Origin: a bacterium
GTDB lineage: Bacteria; RBG-13-61-14; DATKZS01
Assembly (NCBI GenBank): GCA_046484135.1
Contig: JAWOBU010000269.1
Span: forward strand, 401-64,400
Direction of reading: 5' to 3'
DNA: 64,000 nucleotides
In this document: piece after piece, positions 9,200-19,161 of the stretch
Layout of the letters: the number at the start of each line of letters is the position of its first letter
Numbering within the stretch: the stretch's first letter is position 1
Made by a program: the position numbers and the translations under genes
Notes under the pieces: generated by a model
The model's database searches: none
Told to the model about the DNA's origin: nothing
Seen by the model: only the letters and a program-made list of their open reading frames with translations

Positions 9200-10344
9200 C
9201 AGCGTTCCTCCAAAAGCTCGATGAACTCGTCGAACAAACCAGCCGCGTCGTGCGGTCCCGGCGAAGCCTCGGGGTGGTACTGCACGCTCATGACGGGCCT
9301 CTCAAGATGCTGCATCCCTTCGCACGTCTTGTCGTTCAAGTTAAGGTGGGTCATTACCAGGTCAGTGCCTTCTCGCTCGACCCAGTCGGTGGGCACGGCA
9401 AAGTTATGGTTCTGGCTGGTGATGGCGACCTCCCTGGTGCGCAGGTCCATGACCGGATGGTTGGCCCCGTGATGACCGAACTTGAGCTTCAAAGTCTTGC
9501 AGCCCATGGCCAGGCCCAGAAGCTGGTGCCCGAGACAGATGCCGAAGAGGGGAAGCTCGGGTTTCCGGTTCATGATCTCCCGCACCGCCTGGAAAGCGTA
9601 CGGCACGCCTTCCGGGTCGCCCGGGCCGTTGGACAGGAATAGCCCGTCCGGCTGGTGCGAAAGGATGGTTTCCGCGTCAGTGGACGCTGGCACAACAACC
9701 ACCCGGCAGCCCCGGTCGGAGAGCATGCGCAGGATGTTGGTCTTGATGCCGAAGTCCATGGCCACTACCGTAAAGCGCGGTTCTTGCTCCGGCCTGCAAT
9801 GCCCGGTCTCGAGCTTCCAGGTGCCTTCGTAAAACTCGTAGGGTTCGGCGCAGGTGACCTCTTGGACCAGGTCGCGGCCCACGATCTCGGGCGCTTCCCT
9901 CACCGTCGTCAGAAGCTCGTCCGGGTCGCGCTCGCCGGTGGCGATGATACCCGGCATGCTGCCTTTGTCGCGAATAAGCCGGGTGAGGTACCGGGTGTCA
10001 ACTCCCTCGATGCCGATAATACTGTTTTCGACCAGGTAGTCTCTCAATGTCATGGCAGAACGGAAGTTGCTCGGATAGTCAATGCACTCCTTTACAATGA
10101 AGCCGTTTAAGTTCACCGCGGATGACTCCGTATCTTCCGGGTTGACACCGGTGTTTCCGATCTCGGTGTAGGTCATGGTGACGATCTGGCCGTAATAGGA
10201 AGGATCGGTCAGAATCTCCTGGTAGCCGGTCATGCCCGTGTGGAAGACGACCTCTCCGATGGTCTCGCCATCCGCGCCAATGGACCGGCCCGACAACACG
10301 GTACCGTCCGCCAAAACCAGCGTGGCCTTTTGTCTACTCTTCAA
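9199..10344 (-). CDS. carA: Carbamoyl-phosphate synthase small (glutamine amidotransferase) subunit
   Basis: It has the N-terminal CPSase small-chain domain (…[23 protein letters not shown]…) and the class I GATase triad region (…[10 protein letters not shown]…HPE…). No carB is adjacent. Confidence 0.85.
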   Translation of the reverse strand: MKSRQKATLVLADGTVLSGRSIGADGETIGEVVFHTGMTGYQEILTDPSYYGQIVTMTYTEIGNTGVNPEDTESSAVNLNGFIVKECIDYPSNFRSAMTLRDYLVENSIIGIEGVDTRYLTRLIRDKGSMPGIIATGERDPDELLTTVREAPEIVGRDLVQEVTCAEPYEFYEGTWKLETGHCRPEQEPRFTVVAMDFGIKTNILRMLSDRGCRVVVVPASTDAETILSHQPDGLFLSNGPGDPEGVPYAFQAVREIMNRKPELPLFGICLGHQLLGLAMGCKTLKLKFGHHGANHPVMDLRTREVAITSQNHNFAVPTDWVEREGTDLVMTHLNLNDKTCEGMQHLERPVMSVQYHPEASPGPHDAAGLFDEFIELLEER

Positions 10345-10558
10345 GCTTCACCTCTCTCCCCTGAGCTCACAGATTCAGTTTAATAGAGATTATCCGCAAA
10401 GTAAGGTGCGAAGTAAAAAATTTTTTCGTGCACGAAGTCGGCAAGTCAAAGGCCGGTCTCTGGGGGACAGGAGTGTTCACTCGGCAGGGTCCGCGCATTG
10501 AGGAGTACTCGAAACGAGGTGCCTCAATTTCGGTTACGCGAGACGTGTCTGTTGGTCA

Positions 10559-12205
10559 TTAGTCGCTTTGTAATTTGCCGGCACGCGAGTCGCCGCCTTC
10601 TTCCGGCGGCAGAATCTTGTATGCGTTGATCCCCAAAGAGTGCAGAAACACCGGCCGCGGGTAGAACGGGTAATGAAACCTATCCATGAGACCCAGCCGG
10701 TAGAGGCGGCCATAGTCCTTCTTTACGCCGGTGATCCTTTCGGAGTCGTGTCTTACCATGGCGAAGTAATGGGTGGCATTCTTTTCCATCAGATATGGGC
10801 CGGTGCGGTCCTTCTCCAGCCAGGGGATTACCGCCGGGTCTATAAGCCCGCCCAGGTCTATAACGTATCTTTCCGAGTAAAAGCCCAGTATGCCCACGTC
10901 CAGGCAGGCGATGCGGGCGTCCTTCTCCAGGAACACATTAGCCCATTCTGCCGCGGCTTTATGCTCCTTCTGGAGCTGGTCCGTGTTCCTCGCATAGTAG
11001 GTTCTCCACCTTTGGATTCCCATACCTTCGATTATTACAGGCGCGAGAAGAAATAAAATCGCTAGAACGAAAACCGCGCGGCTTCGGCCGGCGCGAGCAA
11101 AAGCGGCTGCACAGTAGAAGAGCGAAATCGCGGAAAGACTGAAGACGGCGGGGAACAGCATGGGATGATACCTGAGGTTGTGATAGGGGGTGATGATCTC
11201 CGCGGAACGGAATAACAGCATGTGGGCGCCAAAATGAAGGACAAACCACAGGCCGAGCACGGACGCGGGTGAGAGGGAGGCTATGCGTTCTGCAAGGCGT
11301 TTTCCGTCTCGGGTTTGGGTATCCTTGTTTTTCTTTTTTGTAGCAAGGTAAAGAACGAGCGACAGGATTGCCGCGGCCAGGCAGATAAGGGCCATGATCA
11401 CGATGCCGCGCTCGTAGAGCCACAGGTGGGCCAGGTGCCGCCAGGCATAGAGTGCCGCGCCTTTGGCTGAAGGTCCGGCGTTGAAGAGGTTGGAGGCCAG
11501 CTTTCCCGCCCGGGTGGGCGGGATCAGGTGGCCGGTGGCAATAAAGGAGTAGAGGTGCCATGCCGCCGGCAAAAGAACTGCCACGGCAAGTCCCGCCCAC
11601 GCCCGCAGGCTGCGCTTTCGGCTGAAGACGGTTATAAGGGCGATTATTATGATAAGCGCGAGCGCGCTGGTGCGGGCCAGCCCTGCCAGACCGAGCAGTG
11701 CTCCCGCGCAAAGCGGTTTCGGCTTTTCGGTTTGTACAAGAAGTATGGCGCCGAGTCCGAGCGCCAGGAACAAGAACGGCTCCATACCCGCTCCTGCGAG
11801 CCAGAGCATGTTTCCGGAGAGAAACACGCCGGCGCTCGCGAGCATGGCCATGGCCAGATGCCGCCACTGGTCAGCCTGATCTTTTGGCAGGGACCTCCTG
11901 GTTATCTCGAAGACGAGTGCGCAGGATATTGCGAAGGCGATCTGGGAGAAGACTTTTGCGGCCTGGACCAGTGCCGCGCCTGCGAGCTTCGCTCCGGCGA
12001 GGAGAGCTATCCAGAGGGGGCTGGAGAACCCGAGGCTGAACTCTCCGGGATTGAAGCACAGGCCTTTGCCCTGGGCCAGGTTGCGGGCGAAGGTGAGATG
12101 GATATAAGCATCGTCCAGGGGCAGGCCGGTCAAACCTCGGCTAAAGGCCGCGGCTGCCGCCAAAGAGGCCGCTCCTACGGCGGCCATGATGATCTTGTAA
12201 CGCAT
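10559..12205 (-). CDS. Polytopic membrane protein, putative GT-C glycosyltransferase (DDAYIH…ARNL…GKG motif)
   Basis: The 548-aa ORF has more than 10 predicted TM helices and an N-terminal extracytoplasmic loop carrying a DD/DxD-like motif, similar in architecture to the two GT39-like genes. Confidence 0.5.
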   Translation of the reverse strand: MRYKIIMAAVGAASLAAAAAFSRGLTGLPLDDAYIHLTFARNLAQGKGLCFNPGEFSLGFSSPLWIALLAGAKLAGAALVQAAKVFSQIAFAISCALVFEITRRSLPKDQADQWRHLAMAMLASAGVFLSGNMLWLAGAGMEPFLFLALGLGAILLVQTEKPKPLCAGALLGLAGLARTSALALIIIIALITVFSRKRSLRAWAGLAVAVLLPAAWHLYSFIATGHLIPPTRAGKLASNLFNAGPSAKGAALYAWRHLAHLWLYERGIVIMALICLAAAILSLVLYLATKKKNKDTQTRDGKRLAERIASLSPASVLGLWFVLHFGAHMLLFRSAEIITPYHNLRYHPMLFPAVFSLSAISLFYCAAAFARAGRSRAVFVLAILFLLAPVIIEGMGIQRWRTYYARNTDQLQKEHKAAAEWANVFLEKDARIACLDVGILGFYSERYVIDLGGLIDPAVIPWLEKDRTGPYLMEKNATHYFAMVRHDSERITGVKKDYGRLYRLGLMDRFHYPFYPRPVFLHSLGINAYKILPPEEGGDSRAGKLQSD

Positions 12206-12255
12206 GGGAGTCCATTATTAAGGGAAGTGCGGGGGGATGCAACCGCGGAGGAGTT

Positions 12256-15200
12256 TCAGAGTCGTGCGACTGCCCTTGCTATCACGCGCAGCCAGTTGGA
12301 GACGTCGTCGAAGATGGAGTAGATCATGGGAATGATAAAGGGCGTCAGGAAGGTTGACACGAGCAGTCCTCCCAGGACGGCGATGGCTAGGGGGGAGTAC
12401 ATCATTCTTCCGGTGTCGTTCAGGCCCAGCGCCATGGGCAAGAGCCCGACAATGGTGGTGAGGGCTGTCATCATGATGGGCCGGAGCCGGTCGCGGGATG
12501 CGTTTATGAGGCTGTCGTGATGGGAGTAGCCGCGCTTTCTCAGGTTATGAATGTGGTCCACCAGCACGATGGCGTTGTTGACCACGATGCCCACCAGCAA
12601 GAGGCATCCGGCTCCGGAGAGGATATTGAAGGTTGCGCGCGATATGAGTAGTGCCAGGACGACCCCTATCATGGCGAAGGGGAGGGTGAACATGATGACA
12701 AAGGGCAGGAAGAAGGACTCGAACTGTGCGGTCATGACCAGGAACACCAGTACCATGGCGAGAAGGATGGCGACGCCCAGAACCATGAGGTCCCGCTTTA
12801 CTTCCTGGAACTCCTCTCCCAGTACCCAGGAGTATCCGCTGGGAAGCCGGTAGTTGGCGAGCCGTTCATGGATACGTTTCGAAACGGTGCCCAGGTCTTT
12901 GCCCTTGGGAATGACGGGTATGCGTACCGTAATCAAGCGGTTGTCCCTGCGCACCATGTCGGGTATGGGGACCTGTCGGAAGGAGGCGATGTTTTTCAAG
13001 GGGATGTACTCTCCCCTCATATTTTGGACCATCATGGACTGGAGCTCCGGCAGGCTCTTTTCGTCCGCCCCCTTGATCTGGATGTAGATGTCCAGGGGGG
13101 TCTCGGCTGACAAAAGCTGGCCTACCGGGACGCCCCGGATGGAGTAGGATATGGCCATGGCCACTTGAGAGGGATCAAAGCCGAACTGCTTGGCTTGCAG
13201 CCTGTCCACTATTACGTGGACCTCTTCCTCTCCGGAGCGCTCCAGCGGTTTTATCTCTTTGAGGCCGTCAATGGTCAAGAGCTTTTTGCGGATGTCCTCG
13301 GCAAACTTGTAGACCTGGTGCGGGTCCGGACCCCGGACCTTGATGGAAGTGCTCATTCCGCCCATGCCGGGCGGACCGCCTCCCATGCCCTCGCCTCCCA
13401 CGTCCAGCTTGATGCCGGGCCAGTTAACGTTTTTCTTGACATACTCGCGGGCTTTGTCCTGGACCTCTGCCGCGGTGTACTTGGGGGTCTCGTCGAAAGG
13501 GAGCACGAGAAGGATGCGGTTTACCCGCTGGCTCACTATGGCGGCCACGGTGTCAATCCCCCAGTCTTCTCTTTTGTCCATGAACATTCTTTCCAAGAGG
13601 GCCATCTTCCGGTCCACTTCTTTCAGGGTCGGTTTTTTCTCGAAGTCGACTTTGATGCGGACGATGCGCAAAAGCGCCTTGGGGATGGCTTCCTTTTCTA
13701 TGAGCGGATAAAACTTGTAGTCCTTGAACTTTTCGTTCTTGTCCCAGGGACTGGGCCAGATGAAGATGAGTACGGATACGATAAAGATGGCCCCGACCGT
13801 GCTCATGGCCAGGAGGCGGTGTCGTAATGCCTTTTCCAGCAGACGGATGAACCGGTCGGAGAGGGCGGCGTACCAGCGTGGTATTCCTCCGGCGGTGGGC
13901 TTCATGATGCGTGAAGCCAGAAGAGGTATGAGGGTCAGGCTTACCACCAGGCTGGACCCGATGGACAGCACCAGCACTATCCCCATCTGGCGCATCAGCA
14001 CCGTCTCCATGCTCTTCTCCACGAAGATGAGCGGCAAAAACACGATCAGGGTGGTAGTGGTGGCCACGCTGATGGCCAGTCCCACTTCCCTGGCGCCGAA
14101 TATGGCCGCCCGGATGGGAGACATTCCCTGCCGGTGCCGGAGGTCTATGGCCTCCAGGATGACCACGGAGTTGTCCACCAGCATGCCCACGGCAACGATG
14201 AGACCGGAGAGGGTGATCATGTTGAAGGTAAGGCCCATAAAGTACATGCAGGCTATGGTGGCGAGGATGGACATGGGAACCGCGGCGGACACGATCAGGG
14301 TGGACCGGAAGTCCCTGAGAAAAAGCCACAGCACGAAGAAGGCGAGCAAAGCTCCCGCCACTCCGCTTTTGACCAGGATGTCCAGCGAGGTCGTGATCTC
14401 CTGGGACTGGTCGAACCATATCTTCAGCCTGGCCCCCTCGAGCCGTTCACTGGCAAGAAGCTCGTCCAGCCTTTCCCTGACGTTCCGGCAGACCTCGACC
14501 GTGTTGGCTCCGGACTCCTTGAGCACCGTGAGGAAGTAAGCACGGCGGCGGTTGAACCTGCCCACGAAATAAGGCTCCACGTAATCCACGTGCACGTTGG
14601 CCACGTCCCTTATGTCCACCTTCGAGTTCAGCGGCAGGTCGCGGATGTCCTCCAGGTCCTGGAACTCGCCCACGATCCGGACGTTGTGGGTCTTGTCCGC
14701 ATAGTCCACCGACCCCGCGGACATGGTCATGTTGCCCGAGGTCAGGCTTTCGAAGACCTGGATCACGGAAACGCCGTAGTTGGTGAGCCGGTCCTCGTTC
14801 ATCTCCACCAGGACGCGCCTCTCCTCCAGCCCCTCGATCCGGATGTCGGCCACACCGTCCAGGGTCTTCAGCGGCCTTACAATGTAGCGTTCTATGAGAC
14901 GGTTGTTCTCCGCCCGGTCCTCGGTAAAGGTAAGGGCGCCCATGATTACGGGGAACTGCTCGGTGTCGAACTTCATGATCATGATGTTGCGCACGTCGTC
15001 GGGTAGCTCGTTCCGGACTGCGTCTATCCTTTCCTGCACGTCCATGACCATGTAGTCCATGTTGGCGGAGGAGGCGAGCTCGAGGCCTATGTAGCCATAG
15101 CCGGGGGAGCAGCGGGAGCGTATCTTGTCTATTCCGGGAAGGGTGGCCACCGACTCCTCGATGGGCTCGGCGATCTTGTCGCAGATTTCGACCGGGCTCG

Positions 15201-15360
15201 CTCCTTCATAGGGCACGTGGATTTCCACGAAAGGCACGTCCAGCTTGGGCATGAACTCGAGCGGTATCTTGGGAATGGCCACCGACCCCAACAGCACCAG
15301 CAGCACGTAGCACATGGCAGTGGTGATTCCCCGCCGGATGGCCTTTTCCGATATCTTCAA
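12256..15360 (-). CDS. RND efflux transporter permease (HAE1/AcrB family), 1034 aa
   Basis: Typical RND N-terminus (…AIRRGITTAM…LLGSVA), 12-TM organisation, and a TTG start behind an aagggagg RBS. Confidence 0.9.
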   Translation of the reverse strand: MKISEKAIRRGITTAMCYVLLVLLGSVAIPKIPLEFMPKLDVPFVEIHVPYEGASPVEICDKIAEPIEESVATLPGIDKIRSRCSPGYGYIGLELASSANMDYMVMDVQERIDAVRNELPDDVRNIMIMKFDTEQFPVIMGALTFTEDRAENNRLIERYIVRPLKTLDGVADIRIEGLEERRVLVEMNEDRLTNYGVSVIQVFESLTSGNMTMSAGSVDYADKTHNVRIVGEFQDLEDIRDLPLNSKVDIRDVANVHVDYVEPYFVGRFNRRRAYFLTVLKESGANTVEVCRNVRERLDELLASERLEGARLKIWFDQSQEITTSLDILVKSGVAGALLAFFVLWLFLRDFRSTLIVSAAVPMSILATIACMYFMGLTFNMITLSGLIVAVGMLVDNSVVILEAIDLRHRQGMSPIRAAIFGAREVGLAISVATTTTLIVFLPLIFVEKSMETVLMRQMGIVLVLSIGSSLVVSLTLIPLLASRIMKPTAGGIPRWYAALSDRFIRLLEKALRHRLLAMSTVGAIFIVSVLIFIWPSPWDKNEKFKDYKFYPLIEKEAIPKALLRIVRIKVDFEKKPTLKEVDRKMALLERMFMDKREDWGIDTVAAIVSQRVNRILLVLPFDETPKYTAAEVQDKAREYVKKNVNWPGIKLDVGGEGMGGGPPGMGGMSTSIKVRGPDPHQVYKFAEDIRKKLLTIDGLKEIKPLERSGEEEVHVIVDRLQAKQFGFDPSQVAMAISYSIRGVPVGQLLSAETPLDIYIQIKGADEKSLPELQSMMVQNMRGEYIPLKNIASFRQVPIPDMVRRDNRLITVRIPVIPKGKDLGTVSKRIHERLANYRLPSGYSWVLGEEFQEVKRDLMVLGVAILLAMVLVFLVMTAQFESFFLPFVIMFTLPFAMIGVVLALLISRATFNILSGAGCLLLVGIVVNNAIVLVDHIHNLRKRGYSHHDSLINASRDRLRPIMMTALTTIVGLLPMALGLNDTGRMMYSPLAIAVLGGLLVSTFLTPFIIPMIYSIFDDVSNWLRVIARAVARL

Positions 15361-15387
15361 GCGCGGCCCTCCCTTATCAGCATGAGC

Positions 15388-18300
15388 TCAAGAAGAGGAG
15401 TCGCCGGAGGAACCGGGAGTGAGGTGCTCCTCCCTGCTCTCTTCCTCCGCGGTTTCATACTCTTTCACCATCTTCCGCCGGTGCTGGTAGGACCGGGGAA
15501 TTATTTTGTCCAGGACCAGGTAGAGGCAGGGGATGGCGAAGATGGTAAAGATGGTGGACGAGGTCAGCCCGCCTATAACGCTGAGGGCCATGGGCGTCCG
15601 GAGCTCCGCGCCCGGTCCCAAAGCCAGCGCCAGCGGCACCATGCCGAGCGCGGTGGTGAGAGTGGTGATGGCGATGGGCCGCAACCGCGATTTGCCCGCT
15701 TCCACGATGGCGTCGGAGCGCTCCATGCCCTCGTCCCGCCGGTTGTTGATGGTGGTGACTAACACGATGGCGTCGTTCACCGCGATCCCTATCATCATCA
15801 GCATCCCGATCAGGGAGAAGATGTTGATGGTCTGGCCCGTCAAAAAGAGGATCACGGCGAGCCCCACCAGCGAGAAGGGCACGCAGAACATGATGACGAA
15901 AGGATGGAGAAGGCTCTCGAACTGGGCGGCCAGCACGATGTAAACCAGGGCGATGGCCAGGGTGAGGGCCAGGTAAAGGCTGGACTTGGACCTTTCCATC
16001 TCCTCGTTCTGGCCGGTGATGTCCCACCGGATGTCCGGCGGGAGCGAGCGGACCGTCTCCTCTTCGGAAAGCGCTCTCTTGATGTCCGCCACCACGTCTC
16101 CCAGAGGACGGCCGTGGATATTGGCCCGGATCAATGCCACCCGGCTGTTCTCAGAGCGGGTGATATTGGCCGGTCCCTGCGCGCGCCGGATGGACGCCAC
16201 CTGGCCGAGACGGATGTTCCCGGAAGCCGAAGGAATAGTGATACGCCGCAGCCGCTCCGGGGAGTTCCGGTCCCTCTCCTGCAGGGCCACCACGATATCA
16301 ATCTGTTCTTCCGGAAGCTCGAAAGTGGTGGAAGCTTCTCCCTTGACCTTGCGGCGGACCACCTCGGTGATCTCGGAAACCGACAGGCCCAGCGCCGCCG
16401 CCCTGTCCCGGTCAATGGTAATGTTGACCTCCGGGTTCTTCTCCGCCATGCTCGACTCGATCTCCAAAAGACCCGGGATGCGCCGGATGCGGCCCATGAC
16501 CGTTTCCGCGGCGCTGGAGAGACCCGCCAGGTCGTTGCCTTCCAGCTCGATCTCCACCGGCGTCTTGTAGCTCAGAATCCGGGGCTTGCTCGAACGGGCG
16601 TCCACCTCCACCGACCTCTCCACCCCGTGCATGGCCTGGGTGATAATGACCTCGTCCACCACGTCCCGCATGTCCCGGTCCACCAGGTTCACGTGTATCT
16701 CGCCGATGTTCTCCGCCTTCTCCTCCGCGCCTTCTCCTTCGGCCGAGCCCGTGCCCACGGTGGCGAAAAGCGAAGTGATCTTGTCCGCGTGGGAGATGGT
16801 TTTGATCTTGTCCTCCAGGTCGGCGATCCGCCGGTTGGTCTCCTGGATGGGGGTCCCGGTGGGAAGCTCGACCCGGATGCGGAACTCTCCCTGGTCCACC
16901 GAAGGCAGAAGCTCCCATCCCAGCCGATAGAGCCCGTAGGCCGCGGAACCTGCCAGGGACACGGCCACCAGGATGACAATAAAAGGATGGGCCAGGAGCT
17001 TGCGCAGGGCGCCCGGGTACCACGCCTTCAAGCGGTTGAAACCGGCGTCGAACAGAGCGAGCGGGTACCTGGCTATGGCACCCGCGCCGGTTGAGGCGCC
17101 CCGGCCGAGCTTTTTTGCCACAAAGGCCACGGGCACGATCATGATGATAAAGAACAGGTAAGATACGATAGTCATTACGAGATGAAGACAGCCGGGCTTT
17201 TCTCCTTTTTTCCGCAGGGCGTTTTCCCGGAGCTCCCTGAAGTTCCTGAACCTGACGGAGGAGCCGGCAGTGGTTTTTTTGTCTTCCGGTGCCGGTCCTG
17301 TTTGCCCGGCATTATTCTCCTCCCCGCGGGTGGGGGAGCCTCCGGTGGCCCCGCTTTCCCGGAGCATCTCGGGGGGCAGTCGGACCCGGTTTCCCATGAC
17401 CACCGAGAGCATGGGCACCACGGACAGGGCCACGGCCTCGGAGCACACCAGGCTGAAGGCCACGGTATAAGCCAGGTCCCCGAAAATCTGTCGGAACATT
17501 CCTTCCAGATAAAGGATGGGGAAGAAGACCATGATGTTGGTCAGGGTGGAAGCGGTAATGGCGGATGCGACCTCGGAGGTCCCGCTATGGGCGCTTTGAC
17601 CGAGGTCGGGCTCGAAGGTTCTTCGTCGCAGGATGTTCTCGAGGACCACGATGGAGTTGTCCACCATCAGGCCCACTCCCAGGGCCAGTCCTCCCAGGCT
17701 CATGACGTTAAAGGAGATGTCGCCGAAGTACATGAGGTTGAAGGTCGCGATAATGGAGACCGGAATGGCTATGCCCACGATAAAGGTCGAGCTTATGTTG
17801 CGGAGGAACACGTAAATGATAAAAACGGCCAGGAGCGCTCCCCAGATCGCGGTCTGGGCCACCGAGAAGACGGACTGGACAATGAACACCGACTGGTCGG
17901 AGATGACTTCCAGGTTAATGCCGTGTTTGAGCTGGACCGGTTCTTTCTCGATCTTGAAAGGACGGTAGTTTAAAAGAACGTGGGAGACGCCGTTTGCGAA
18001 CTTCTTCAGATGGCGCCGCGGGTCTTTCAGTTTTTTCTGCCACTCGATGGAGCGCGGCTCCGCCCGGTGCCCCAGCCGTATGCCTTGCAGGGCTTTCTCC
18101 ACCTCGTCGGCCACGGTGACAATGTTGGCGTCGCCTTCTTTGTATACCGAGACCTTGATGCACTCGTTGCCGTTGAGCCTGGCTATCTCGGTCCTTTCTT
18201 TATGTCGCTTGCGTACGCGGGCCACGTCCTTGACCCGGATCAAGGACTTATAGTCCTCCTCTGCGGCGGGAGCGGCGGCAGCCGGTGTTTCCATGTCTCC

Positions 18301-19161
18301 CAGCAGGCCGGACAGGCCGGCGGGAAAGCCGCCGCCCATTCCCATGCCGCTCATTCCCATGCCTCCCATGGAGATGGAAGGAAGGGAAGGACCGCCGCTT
18401 ACAGCCTCCTTTTCGCCCTTCTCCGCCACCACCACGTTCCTTATGTCCTCGAGGCTTTGAAAGCGGTTGATGGTCCGGACCGCCAGCTTGGCCCCCCCGT
18501 GCTCCAGGGACCCGCTCGCCACGTTAAGGTTGGCCCGGGAGAGACGATCGGAGACGGTGGAGATGCTCAAACCGTAGCGGCTCAGCTTCTCTTCGTCTAT
18601 TTCCACTCTGACTTCGTCCTGGTAGCCGCCTTCGATCTTGACCGCGGCGATCCCGTCCAGGCGCTCGAGCTCGAGCTCCACGTTCATCTCCACCCACCGG
18701 CGAAGCTCGGAGAGGTCCTCCATCTCCCCGCTTACCGCCAGCGTCATGATCGGGTCCTGGTTCGGGTCGTAACGGAGCAGGATGGGCTTTTCCACCTCCT
18801 CCGGAAGAAGGTTGTTCAAAAGCTGGAGCTTCTCCCGGATGTCCATGGCGATCACGTCCACGTCCGAGCCCCAGATGAACTCGACGTAAACGTCGGACCA
18901 GCCGGGCCGGGAGACCGAGCTCACCTTGACCACGTTGTTGATGATGCCCACGTAGCTCTCGATGGGCTTGGTTACCCTCTCCTCGATCTCGCGGGGTGCC
19001 GCGTGAGGGTACTCGGTCCGGATGGTTATCTTGGGGTAGGTGATGTCAGGCAGAAGGTTTAAGGGTATCTTTTGCAGGCTCACGAACCCGAGAAGCAGTA
19101 TCCCCATTACCACCATGGAGACCGCCACCGGGCGGCGTATGGAAATACCGGACAGGTTCAA
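15388..19161 (-). CDS. RND efflux transporter permease, 1257 aa, with a Gly/Met-rich periplasmic insertion and a cytoplasmic insertion
   Basis: MNLSGISIRRPVAVSMVVMGILLLG… is a standard RND start. The insertion reads …ISMGGMGMSGMGMGGGFPAGLSGLLGDM…. The gene overlaps the adaptor gene by 4 nt. Confidence 0.9.
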   Translation of the reverse strand: MNLSGISIRRPVAVSMVVMGILLLGFVSLQKIPLNLLPDITYPKITIRTEYPHAAPREIEERVTKPIESYVGIINNVVKVSSVSRPGWSDVYVEFIWGSDVDVIAMDIREKLQLLNNLLPEEVEKPILLRYDPNQDPIMTLAVSGEMEDLSELRRWVEMNVELELERLDGIAAVKIEGGYQDEVRVEIDEEKLSRYGLSISTVSDRLSRANLNVASGSLEHGGAKLAVRTINRFQSLEDIRNVVVAEKGEKEAVSGGPSLPSISMGGMGMSGMGMGGGFPAGLSGLLGDMETPAAAAPAAEEDYKSLIRVKDVARVRKRHKERTEIARLNGNECIKVSVYKEGDANIVTVADEVEKALQGIRLGHRAEPRSIEWQKKLKDPRRHLKKFANGVSHVLLNYRPFKIEKEPVQLKHGINLEVISDQSVFIVQSVFSVAQTAIWGALLAVFIIYVFLRNISSTFIVGIAIPVSIIATFNLMYFGDISFNVMSLGGLALGVGLMVDNSIVVLENILRRRTFEPDLGQSAHSGTSEVASAITASTLTNIMVFFPILYLEGMFRQIFGDLAYTVAFSLVCSEAVALSVVPMLSVVMGNRVRLPPEMLRESGATGGSPTRGEENNAGQTGPAPEDKKTTAGSSVRFRNFRELRENALRKKGEKPGCLHLVMTIVSYLFFIIMIVPVAFVAKKLGRGASTGAGAIARYPLALFDAGFNRLKAWYPGALRKLLAHPFIVILVAVSLAGSAAYGLYRLGWELLPSVDQGEFRIRVELPTGTPIQETNRRIADLEDKIKTISHADKITSLFATVGTGSAEGEGAEEKAENIGEIHVNLVDRDMRDVVDEVIITQAMHGVERSVEVDARSSKPRILSYKTPVEIELEGNDLAGLSSAAETVMGRIRRIPGLLEIESSMAEKNPEVNITIDRDRAAALGLSVSEITEVVRRKVKGEASTTFELPEEQIDIVVALQERDRNSPERLRRITIPSASGNIRLGQVASIRRAQGPANITRSENSRVALIRANIHGRPLGDVVADIKRALSEEETVRSLPPDIRWDITGQNEEMERSKSSLYLALTLAIALVYIVLAAQFESLLHPFVIMFCVPFSLVGLAVILFLTGQTINIFSLIGMLMMIGIAVNDAIVLVTTINNRRDEGMERSDAIVEAGKSRLRPIAITTLTTALGMVPLALALGPGAELRTPMALSVIGGLTSSTIFTIFAIPCLYLVLDKIIPRSYQHRRKMVKEYETAEEESREEHLTPGSSGDSSS

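Noticed and set aside
10959-12322. ORFs 10959-11867 (minus) and 11528-12322 (plus)
   Set aside because: They are alternative-frame or antisense ORFs inside the 548-aa GT-C membrane protein gene. They are Arg/Pro-rich and not membrane-like, and the membrane-protein frame is far more coherent.
13553-19062. Several long plus-strand ORFs (13724-14539, 14134-15006, 15904-17094, 17980-19062) and the minus ORF 13553-14419
   Set aside because: All lie antisense to or out of frame within the two RND permease genes. They are His/Gly/Arg-rich and have no domains. They are GC-rich shadow ORFs.
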